A stretch of DNA of 64,000 nucleotides from assembly GCA_016282255.1 (NCBI GenBank), contig JAEEKE010000030.1, positions 20,575 to 84,574 on the forward strand, written 5' to 3'. This DNA comes from Bacillota bacterium. GTDB lineage: Bacteria > Bacillota > Clostridia > Christensenellales > CAG-138. Shown piece by piece: positions 1-7,596 of the stretch. The position numbers and the translations under genes were made by a program. Position 1 is the first letter of the stretch. Every line of letters starts with the position of its first letter. The notes below the pieces were generated by a model. It was given only the letters and a program-made list of their open reading frames with translations, made no database searches and was not told the DNA's origin.

Positions 1-810
1 TTCGAGATCCGTGCGGTAGCCCAGGAAGCGAACGATTTCCTGCAGGCCAAGCGATGCGGCAAGTTCGCGGAGCTCCTGTTCCTTAGGACCGTTGCCGGCG
101 AGGAGTACCTTGAGGTTCGGTATTCTGTCCTTGAGCATGGCCGCGGCGCGGATCAGCGTGCTCTGATTCTTGTTTTCGTTCAGCTCGCCGGTGCAGAGGA
201 TCACAAAGTCATCCTTCGAAAGGCCTTCGGCTTTGCGCATAGCCAGTTGCTCTTCCGGGGTTGCAGGGTGATACCGTTGTTCGTCAACGCCTACTCCGTG
301 GATATGCGCAACCTTTGTTCGTTTGGCAAAACGCTCAAGCGCGAGTGCATAATCCTCCTTATTCACCGTGATGAGCAGATCGCAGTACTTGGCCATGTAC
401 TTCTCGATCGGGTAGTAGACGAGCCATCCGGACTTTGGCGACCCTTTGTAAAAGTGGAAGCCATGGGCCATGTAGATGACCTTCGTGCCCTCTTTGCGTG
501 TCTTCTTTGCAGCCAGCCTTGTGACGATGCCTCCCATCGGGGTATTGCAGAGTATTACGTCATAATGCTCTTTCGAAAGCAGTTCTTTCAGCTGCTTATA
601 GGCTTTGAGATTGTTCGGGCTCTTCGGCGAGCGGTCGAAAGGCGTCTCGATAAACCTGTCGCAGTATTTGAGCTGCAGCCCGTTCTTGACCGCCAGATTA
701 TCGTGTGCGGCAACATGGACCTCCCAGCCCTGTTCCTGCAGCATTTTCATATGCGGCAGGTGGAACTGGCAGATGTGGGAGAGAACGGTTGCGGTGTAAA
801 GGATCTTCAT
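1..810 (-). CDS. Glycosyltransferase, GT4/GT-B fold (N-terminal ~270 aa; gene runs off the left edge)
   Basis: Absent from the ORF track because there is no stop inside the window. The reverse complement from ATG (808-810) reads MKILYTATVLSHICQFHLPHMKMLQEQGWEVHVAAHDNLAVKNGLQLKYCDRFIETPFDRSPKSPNNLKA... and stays open to position 1. The N-terminus is typical of EPS-locus GT4 enzymes. The + ORF 247..816 is its antisense shadow. Confidence 0.75.
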   Translation of the reverse strand, partial: MKILYTATVLSHICQFHLPHMKMLQEQGWEVHVAAHDNLAVKNGLQLKYCDRFIETPFDRSPKSPNNLKAYKQLKELLSKEHYDVILCNTPMGGIVTRLAAKKTRKEGTKVIYMAHGFHFYKGSPKSGWLVYYPIEKYMAKYCDLLITVNKEDYALALERFAKRTKVAHIHGVGVDEQRYHPATPEEQLAMRKAEGLSKDDFVILCTGELNENKNQSTLIRAAAMLKDRIPNLKVLLAGNGPKEQELRELAASLGLQEIVRFLGYRTDLE

Positions 811-861
811 GATTAATTCCTTTGAACTTTAATAAGAGCCTAATATCCGAGAGCACCGCCA

Positions 862-2412
862 TTACCAGGGCAGGAGATTGTTGATCATATAGTATGCTCT
901 CTCCAGCATTTCTCTCTGCTTCGTTTCATTCCCGTTGACGACATGAATCCCGAGTCGTTCGATACGCGCATCCATATGATCCATCATATCCTTCTGAAGC
1001 TGATCGGAAATCCTTTTTCCCAAAGGCGTACGCAGCATCATATCAAGAAGCGCTCGATTGTTATAAGGAACGGTTATCTCGTTTGTAAGCATGTGCTCCC
1101 CGGTCAATGCGAGTCCGCCCCATCCGCCGAACACGATTTCCCAAACAAAGAACTCCGTCCAAGGGTATCCCGTAATTTCGATAGCCTTCTGCAATCCTGT
1201 ATTCTCCAGATAATCCTTGAATCTCCTGTCTGTAGCGACTGCGTTTGCTCGGTCGAAAGCAAAGAGCTTATACATCGAAGTCAGCATCCGGGGCCTAATC
1301 TTCTTCGGGAAAGACTTTTTGCCGTATCTCTTATATCGGCTTGCCCTTGCCACTTCCGCTACCCAGGACTTTACCTCGACATCAAAATCTATACGAGATC
1401 TCAGCTCTATCCGCTTGCAGATATCATTCGTATTAGCCTTCCCCAGATACGCGTAGTGCCGTTCAAGGAGTTCCGACACTTCCTCAAATTCGGTATGATG
1501 GGCGGGATCGGTATCTATCCGATAGATTTTATGCTCCAATCCCAAAGCTTTGCAGATACTCTGCGCAGCAAGGGCGTCCGTTTCTTCGCGAGGCAGGGAA
1601 ATATAGCTGAAATAGGAAAACCTGTCCTGAACGCCTGCAGCACAAGCCAATGACGTTTTGCTGTCGGTTCCTCCGGTAAGGGAGATTGCCGGAGCGATCC
1701 ACTTCTCCGCGATCAGCTTCAGGTTGTTATTCATTATCGTGCAGATATTGTTCACATGCGCCGGATAAGCTTCATTGTTCACAGTTCCATACTGCTTGCG
1801 CGGGTAGAACCTATGGATGCTTGCTTTGTCCGTTACGTGAACCTCCGTATTGGGAATGATCCGTTTAATCTCTGAATATGGAGTCAGATCCCCCGGAAGA
1901 TACCAGCCGTACCAATGGAACAGCTTCGACTTTTTCAGCTTGGTTACATAAGGATCTTCTTTCAGGTCGTAGATGTCAGCGATCATCTGACTGTATGCGC
2001 TGAAAACTTGCATGTTATTGATCAGTGCATAATTAGCACCAAGCATCCCCGCGCAATCACATGTTGCGGTTATACCGTTATCGTCGATCACCGCAAAAAA
2101 GAATACTCCGGTTACTTGGTCATAACGATCCCTATATTCATTTGATCCGTATTCCAACGATGCAAGGTCCGCAAGAATCTCGTTTTCATCGGATATCATG
2201 TTAAACGGATCATATGCATGGCCGACAAGTAGCAAGCTGCGTTCTGAAGTACTATAGGTATAATACTTCTGCTTTGGATAAACAAACAAAGAATACCCCC
2301 GGATTGTGTCATACTGCCACTTCACCAATTCTGGGAGTCGCTGAATTGCGAGCTGTCCATCGTTGGTGAGGAGATAACCGTATGTATATAAGCTGTCATT
2401 CCAAGCAGTCAT
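862..2412 (-). CDS. Asparagine-synthetase-B-like PP-loop ATP pyrophosphatase (putative amidoligase); N-terminal domain lacks the Cys2 nucleophile
   Basis: The ORF track gives 862..2433. The preferred ATG is 2410-2412 (MTAWND...), one nt after the TAA of the upstream gene and preceded by GGAAGGA. A PP-loop motif SLTGGTDSKT (SGGxDS type) sits mid-protein. Size (~516 aa) and two-domain layout resemble AsnB/WbpS-type enzymes. Confidence 0.6.
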   Translation of the reverse strand: MTAWNDSLYTYGYLLTNDGQLAIQRLPELVKWQYDTIRGYSLFVYPKQKYYTYSTSERSLLLVGHAYDPFNMISDENEILADLASLEYGSNEYRDRYDQVTGVFFFAVIDDNGITATCDCAGMLGANYALINNMQVFSAYSQMIADIYDLKEDPYVTKLKKSKLFHWYGWYLPGDLTPYSEIKRIIPNTEVHVTDKASIHRFYPRKQYGTVNNEAYPAHVNNICTIMNNNLKLIAEKWIAPAISLTGGTDSKTSLACAAGVQDRFSYFSYISLPREETDALAAQSICKALGLEHKIYRIDTDPAHHTEFEEVSELLERHYAYLGKANTNDICKRIELRSRIDFDVEVKSWVAEVARASRYKRYGKKSFPKKIRPRMLTSMYKLFAFDRANAVATDRRFKDYLENTGLQKAIEITGYPWTEFFVWEIVFGGWGGLALTGEHMLTNEITVPYNNRALLDMMLRTPLGKRISDQLQKDMMDHMDARIERLGIHVVNGNETKQREMLERAYYMINNLLPW

Positions 2413-2413
2413 T

Positions 2414-3379
2414 TTATCCTTCCAGCAAATCAATAAACAGTTTCCTGTGGCCTCTGTTATAAAGTGTTTGTTCCATATAGAACTCTGCGTCCCAGTTTCC
2501 CTCGATCATAACCGGACCTTCGATTGTCAGCGCAATATCCCATGATGTATATCGGAGCTGAGGAGTAACCAGCGAAGCTTCTATGGCTAGTTTTTTTACC
2601 TCATTCCAACTTGGAATTACCAATCCTGTTATCTGTTTACCTGTAACGGGATGGCATGTGTATTTTTTGAAATGCTTGTCCATAGCAGGAGTCTCTATCC
2701 TGCCGGTTTCAATGCTAATTCCCGCCGCCATACCCCCGGAATGCACATTGTCAACTGTAGTATTGTTTCCAAAGCGAATAATCGCCGTCACGATCACCGG
2801 GCCGTTTTTTGTTTGCAACACAGTGGCTTTTACCGTATTCAGTGATTCAGGATAGACAGCCTTGATGTCTTCACAGTTTTCAAGCAAAGGTTCGGCAACA
2901 AATTCATCAGTTAACGCTTCCCATGCTCTCTTTATGCTCTCTGGCGATGAAGCATCTATAGCTCTTGCTGATTCGCCTCCCCAACCTACTTTCTTTTTGA
3001 TGAATATCTTGTTGTACCTATTACAAAAATCGACAAAGCTTTCAAATCCTGCTTCTTTTTCAACCTGCTCTCTGTGTAAAAAACGCCCATAGTATTTAGG
3101 GGCAATGCTTTTGTCTCCTATGCGATTCCTGAACTCCGGAGGATTATATCTGTCGAAGAATCTAAACATATGTCTTCTGGTCATGTACAGTTTTTTCTCT
3201 TTGCACGTTTTTTGCCAGAACTTATAACCAAAGTACTCTGAAAAACTTGTACCCCAAACCAAATATGATATTATTGCGCCTAATGAAGCAATGCTCTCTG
3301 ATCTAGGAACGCTCTCTCCGGCTTTCTTCATGTCAGAATAATACTGCTGATTCTTTTTAATTAGACTGATTGAATTCAT
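2414..3379 (-). CDS. Sugar-transfer-associated ATP-grasp protein (ATPgrasp_ST-like)
   Basis: 321-aa ORF. Motifs KIFIKKKVGWGGESARAI and VDNVHSGGMAAGISIETGRI resemble the ATPgrasp_ST family seen in EPS loci. Located inside the EPS operon. Confidence 0.6.
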   Translation of the reverse strand: MNSISLIKKNQQYYSDMKKAGESVPRSESIASLGAIISYLVWGTSFSEYFGYKFWQKTCKEKKLYMTRRHMFRFFDRYNPPEFRNRIGDKSIAPKYYGRFLHREQVEKEAGFESFVDFCNRYNKIFIKKKVGWGGESARAIDASSPESIKRAWEALTDEFVAEPLLENCEDIKAVYPESLNTVKATVLQTKNGPVIVTAIIRFGNNTTVDNVHSGGMAAGISIETGRIETPAMDKHFKKYTCHPVTGKQITGLVIPSWNEVKKLAIEASLVTPQLRYTSWDIALTIEGPVMIEGNWDAEFYMEQTLYNRGHRKLFIDLLEG

Positions 3380-3507
3380 TCCTACACCTTAACTCTGTCT
3401 TACAAAGCATCTGTCTAAGAAACAAATCCACTTTTGAAAAGCAATAGATTTCCTTTGCTGGATTTGAGATATAACTCTGATTTAGCATGCGTTCTATCTG
3501 ATTTCAT

Positions 3508-4419
3508 TCATCTATCGCATTTCCAAAAGTGTTGGTGATCCATAATTATCCTATTCAGCCTTGCCACATTCCCTTCCCCCACAAAGCTGTTATGCGGGGT
3601 AATGATCAGATTCGGAGCGTCCCACAGAGGGGAATCCGGCTGGGGAGGTTCGTTTTCAAAGACGTCGAGCACCGCGCCGGCAAGGCAGTCTTCCTTCAGG
3701 AGGTCGGTCAGGGCTGCTTCGTCGACCACCTTGCCGCGGGATATGTTTACGACGATCGCATCGTGAGGCAGGAGACCTAGGCGCCTTTTGTTGAAAAGAT
3801 GGACCGTTTCGGCGGTCAGCGGTACCGTGAGGATCATTACGTCGGTCGAAGGCAGGACCTCGTCCAGCTTTTCAAACGGGAGCATGCGGTCGAACGCTTC
3901 GTCCTTTCTCGGCATGATGTCGATGCCCGTAATACCGCACCCGAATGCCCGAAAGCGTTTTGCGCACTCGGTCCCGACACTGCCGCAGCCAATCACAGTG
4001 ACTTCTTTCCCATACAGTTCCCGAAGGCCCCTGTGCTTTTCCCACACATGCGCCCGTTGGTTGTCATGGAAAAAGCGCGCTTGCTTGTATAGCTGCAGCA
4101 CTCCCGAGACGGCGAATTCGGCCATGGGTATGCTGTAAACGCCCCTTGCATTGCGGATCTCGATGCCGTGGGCGCGCACATACTCCATGTCCACTCTGTC
4201 GAACCCGGCGCTGGTAAGCTGGATGAACCTCAGGTTCGGAAACATCGTGATGGGGTGGTGCAGGAAGAGCCCGTTGCATATAACGCCCTCGACCCATTCC
4301 GGTGCGCAGGGAAGCTCGTCCTTCTCCATCTGCAGGAACATGACGGAATGCCCCATCGCTTCGATCTGACTGATATGCGCTTTTGCGTTCGGCCATGCGC
4401 CGGTTATAAGCAGATTCAT
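3508..4419 (-). CDS. D-isomer-specific 2-hydroxyacid dehydrogenase (NAD-binding, phosphoglycerate-dehydrogenase-like)
   Basis: 303-aa ORF with Rossmann motif VTVIGCGSVGTECA, NISRGKVVDEAAL and ITPHNS, typical of the D-2-hydroxyacid dehydrogenase family. Overlaps the upstream gene by 4 nt. Confidence 0.8.
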   Translation of the reverse strand: MNLLITGAWPNAKAHISQIEAMGHSVMFLQMEKDELPCAPEWVEGVICNGLFLHHPITMFPNLRFIQLTSAGFDRVDMEYVRAHGIEIRNARGVYSIPMAEFAVSGVLQLYKQARFFHDNQRAHVWEKHRGLRELYGKEVTVIGCGSVGTECAKRFRAFGCGITGIDIMPRKDEAFDRMLPFEKLDEVLPSTDVMILTVPLTAETVHLFNKRRLGLLPHDAIVVNISRGKVVDEAALTDLLKEDCLAGAVLDVFENEPPQPDSPLWDAPNLIITPHNSFVGEGNVARLNRIIMDHQHFWKCDR

Positions 4420-5252
4420 CCTTCAGATCCTTTGCAAATGTTATCCACGAGGCGGATGAGCTCTTTTTCGTTCTCATAGAAGAAGCTGCTGTGCTTTTCG
4501 CATTGCCGCTCCAGGTCGCGTATCTCGCGTACGCCGCGGATAAACGTGGCGTTGATCATGCCGATATGATGCAGTTTCGCTACATCGCAGAAGCTTCTTG
4601 AGAGTATGACGCAGCCCGAGCCGAGCCTGTAGTGTTCCTTAATGATGTATTCGGACGGCAGCAAGCCTTTTCCTATGGATGCGATGCCCCCGAAGCCAAA
4701 GGGTATGCCTCTTTTACGGAGCCTGAAGCAAAGCTGCTCGACCGTGCCGTCCGCTAAGAGCTCGAACATGAACTTGCGTCCATAGCCGATGGCCAGATCG
4801 TTCAATCCGATATGGATCTCGTCTATCCCGGGGAGAGCAAGTATCTCATCGAGGTTTTCCACCGCTTCGGGCGTCTCGAGCAGAAGCATTGTTTTGGCCC
4901 TGCCGTTCACTATCCCGAGGAACCGGCTGACTTCCCCGGCCGTCCTGAAATACGGCAGCATCACGATATCGGCTCCCGCTTCGATAACGGCGTTGATCTC
5001 GTCTTCCGAGGAGAAATAGTCGGGCAGCGCGTCGTGGATGGGATTGACGCGGACGAGCACCTGCGCGCTGGCGACCGCGTTCCTGACGGCTCTTACGTCG
5101 TCCACCGTGTGGTGGCACTTCACCGTATCCAGTCCCTTTTGCCTCGCATCCTTGCCGATGAACTCCATATCGACGAAAATGCGGTCCACGCCTGCGGATT
5201 CCGCTATCTGCGCGATATCCGGACGGTTGGTTATGTACATGAGCTTCAGCAT
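4416..5252 (-). CDS. HpcH/HpaI aldolase / citrate-lyase-beta family protein
   Basis: 278-aa ORF. The TIM-barrel pattern (VLVRVNP..., ADIVMLPYFRTAGEV, LLLETPEAVENLDEILALPGIDEIHIGLNDL) is typical of the HpcH/HpaI family. Confidence 0.65.
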   Translation of the reverse strand: MLKLMYITNRPDIAQIAESAGVDRIFVDMEFIGKDARQKGLDTVKCHHTVDDVRAVRNAVASAQVLVRVNPIHDALPDYFSSEDEINAVIEAGADIVMLPYFRTAGEVSRFLGIVNGRAKTMLLLETPEAVENLDEILALPGIDEIHIGLNDLAIGYGRKFMFELLADGTVEQLCFRLRKRGIPFGFGGIASIGKGLLPSEYIIKEHYRLGSGCVILSRSFCDVAKLHHIGMINATFIRGVREIRDLERQCEKHSSFFYENEKELIRLVDNICKGSEG

Positions 5253-5274
5253 ATCTGCCTCCTCGGCTCGGCCG

Positions 5275-5949
5275 TCAGACCGCTTGGTCCGTCTTATCGT
5301 CGGTCACGGTCGCACCCTTGTTCTCATTGCCTGCATTGGTGAAGACCTTGCCGATCGTAACGAAAAGGATCCTGATATCCAGCGGGAATGATACGTGATC
5401 AACATACCAGATGTTGAGCTCGATTCGCTTGTGCCACTCGACGTCCTTGCGCCCGTGGACCTGGGCCCAGCCGGTGATGCCGGGACGGACCTCGAACATT
5501 CTGAGCTGCCTTGGGGAATAATCTGATACCGGCCAAGGATGGTATGTCAGCGGCGGACGCGGTCCGATCAGAGACATATCCCCCTTTAGGATGTTTACAA
5601 GCTGAGGCAGCTCGTCGATTGAAGTCTTTCTGAGGAGCTTGCCGATGCCCGTCATGCGGGGATCGCTGTTGTCGCTGTAAACGCCCATGCCGGAATGCTC
5701 GCTGTTTACGCGCATGGTGCGGAACTTATAGATAGTGAACTCCTTCGCGCCTCTGCCAAGCCTTCTCTGCCTGAAGATGGCCGGGCCTTCACTGGTCAGC
5801 TTGACGAGTATTGCCGCGATCAGTATCACCGGGGACAGGATGATGAGCGCGATCAGCGCGATCAGGATATCCAGAGTGCGCTTAACAACGCGGTTATAGA
5901 TCCCCTGTGCCGCGCTGTTTCCCTGGCCTTCGAGTTTTCGCTTACCCAT
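5275..5949 (-). CDS. Undecaprenyl-phosphate sugar phosphotransferase (small monotopic PGT, bacterial sugar transferase family)
   Basis: 224-aa ORF with one N-terminal re-entrant helix (ILIALIALIILSPVILIAAIL) and motifs FRQRRLG..., YKFRTM, DELPQLVNILKGDMSLIGPRP and RPGITGWAQV. Confidence 0.9.
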   Translation of the reverse strand: MGKRKLEGQGNSAAQGIYNRVVKRTLDILIALIALIILSPVILIAAILVKLTSEGPAIFRQRRLGRGAKEFTIYKFRTMRVNSEHSGMGVYSDNSDPRMTGIGKLLRKTSIDELPQLVNILKGDMSLIGPRPPLTYHPWPVSDYSPRQLRMFEVRPGITGWAQVHGRKDVEWHKRIELNIWYVDHVSFPLDIRILFVTIGKVFTNAGNENKGATVTDDKTDQAV

Positions 5950-6015
5950 TAGGCTTTCCTCTGACTTTCACCGCTGCTGTAGCCGGTTCCTTTGCATCTT
6001 TGTTCAACCGGCAGC

Positions 6016-7587
6016 TTATTTGCTGTCGGAATGCTTTTTCCTGGATCGGCTGCGTTTCTTATCGGACGATGAGCTGTCGCTCGATCCGTAACCGCCGTAG
6101 CCTCCATAGCCGCCATAGCTGCCGTAATGCCCGTAGCCGCCGTATCGTCCGTAACCGTAGCCGTATCCGTAGCGGCCGTAATGCCCATAATAGCCGTACT
6201 TGCCGTACGAACCGTAGTATCCGTACCTGCCGGTGTGTGAACCGCCGCCGTTGAGGATGCAGCCCGCGATCTTCGCTCCGCCGGCGTTGAGTTCCTCGAT
6301 GCCGTCAACGATATTCCGTCTGCGTGCGTAGTCGCACATGACAACGTAGGCTATCGTATCCACATGCTTGACCAGCATCATCGCGTCTACCAGCACCGCG
6401 GAAGGCGGCGTATCGAGCACGATAACATCGGCGAGCTCCCTCATTTCGGTCAAAAGCTTGCCCATCCTGTCAGTGCTGAGCACCTCTATAGAACGGGTCT
6501 CCTTGTCTGCGCCTGGCAGCAGACTCAGCCCTGCGGTTATCTTGGGATCGGAGATCTCAACGAGCGCATCGTCGAGGCTTGAAGTGCCGTCAAGCACGGA
6601 TCGAAGACCGGGATAGCTTCCTTCGAGATTGAACAGCCGGCCGACCGACGGGTTTCTTAGGTCGCAGTCCACAAGGATCACGCGTTTGCCCTTAAGCGCC
6701 ATGGAGATAGCGATATTGGCCGCGACCGTCGATTTGCCCTCGCCCGCGACGGAGCTGGTCACCATCAGTACCTTGTTTTCGCCGAGCGCGCGCTCGATTC
6801 GCGTCCTGATAAGACGCATCGACTCGACGTAGGCCGAACGGTTCGTATCATAGAGGATGTTTATCTCGCGCTTCGTCTCCTCATTGCGGTGCTTTTTGCT
6901 GAAGCAGGCGGGGAGCGTTCCGAGGCAATTGACGTTAACCGCCGAGCGGAGCTCGTCCTCGTTGCGTATCGTCCTTGTGACCGCCGCCCTGATGAAGACT
7001 ATGGCGAGTCCCAACGCAAGACCGACGAGCGCGCCATTGCGAACGGAACCGTGGATGACAGTCGTTTTGCCCGTGTCCGACGGAATGCCGCCGTCATCTA
7101 TCATGGTGATCTCGGTTTGGCCGATAACGTACTGCGCGACCTCAGGATAATTCTTAAGAGCGGAGCGAAGGATATTGTATGCTACCTCCGCATCGTTTGC
7201 CGACGCCTTTATAGTCAGAAGATTCGTACCGCTGATATTGCTTGTCCAGATGCTGCCCGGCACACTTTTCATATGAAGATCGGATGCAATTATATCCGAC
7301 AGCGCGCCGCTGGTAAGAATATAAGGGAAGATCTTCGCCATCTGTTCTGCGGTGTTGCGGCTTGCATATGACCCGCCGTTTAGGACCCTTACCGCAACGG
7401 TGGCTTCGGCGATATAGACAGGTGTGTAGCTGCGGGAGCTTCTTAAATACATGACAGCGCCGCCGAGGACTGTAAGGGCAAGCACAATATACCACATACG
7501 TTTGAAGCTGTGCCAATAATCCCTTACAAGGGCCATTATATCGATCTTTTTCAGTTCCTGAGTGGTATTGCTTTCCGCTTCGCTCAT
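6016..7587 (-). CDS. Wzz-domain/BY-kinase fusion (polysaccharide co-polymerase fused to tyrosine autokinase), copy 1
   Basis: 523 aa. Two TM segments flank a Wzz-like domain. Walker A VAGEGKST, Walker A' LVDCDLRNP, Walker B VIVLDTPP. The C-terminal tail carries 19 Tyr in 48 aa, followed by a Ser/Lys-rich end. Confidence 0.9.
   Translation of the reverse strand: MSEAESNTTQELKKIDIMALVRDYWHSFKRMWYIVLALTVLGGAVMYLRSSRSYTPVYIAEATVAVRVLNGGSYASRNTAEQMAKIFPYILTSGALSDIIASDLHMKSVPGSIWTSNISGTNLLTIKASANDAEVAYNILRSALKNYPEVAQYVIGQTEITMIDDGGIPSDTGKTTVIHGSVRNGALVGLALGLAIVFIRAAVTRTIRNEDELRSAVNVNCLGTLPACFSKKHRNEETKREINILYDTNRSAYVESMRLIRTRIERALGENKVLMVTSSVAGEGKSTVAANIAISMALKGKRVILVDCDLRNPSVGRLFNLEGSYPGLRSVLDGTSSLDDALVEISDPKITAGLSLLPGADKETRSIEVLSTDRMGKLLTEMRELADVIVLDTPPSAVLVDAMMLVKHVDTIAYVVMCDYARRRNIVDGIEELNAGGAKIAGCILNGGGSHTGRYGYYGSYGKYGYYGHYGRYGYGYGYGRYGGYGHYGSYGGYGGYGGYGSSDSSSSDKKRSRSRKKHSDSK
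6085..6228 (-). repeat. Coding (xYG)n trinucleotide-periodic repeat = Tyr cluster of kinase 1
   Basis: Encodes RYGYYGSYGKYGYYGHYGRYGYGYGYGRYGGYGHYGSYGGYGGYGGYG. The DNA is degenerate GTA-NCC-type 9-nt repeats. Confidence 0.9.
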
Positions 7588-7596
7588 ATCGGCACC

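Noticed and set aside
247-816. 189-aa + strand ORF at the left edge
   Set aside because: It is the antisense shadow of the partial GT4 glycosyltransferase. That gene reads cleanly on the minus strand from ATG 808-810 to position 1.
862-3507. Low-GC patch as a mobile element or genomic island
   Set aside because: No integrase, transposase, flanking direct or inverted repeats, or tRNA were seen. The genes are in frame with the operon structure (1-nt and short gaps). It is better described as a horizontally exchanged EPS cassette than as a mobile element.
5907-6344. ORFs 5907..6254 (+) and 5949..6344 (-), rich in Arg/Ser/Thr/Ala
   Set aside because: These are alternative-frame readings of the (xYG)n repeat and 3' end of BY-kinase 1. 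They have no independent start signals.
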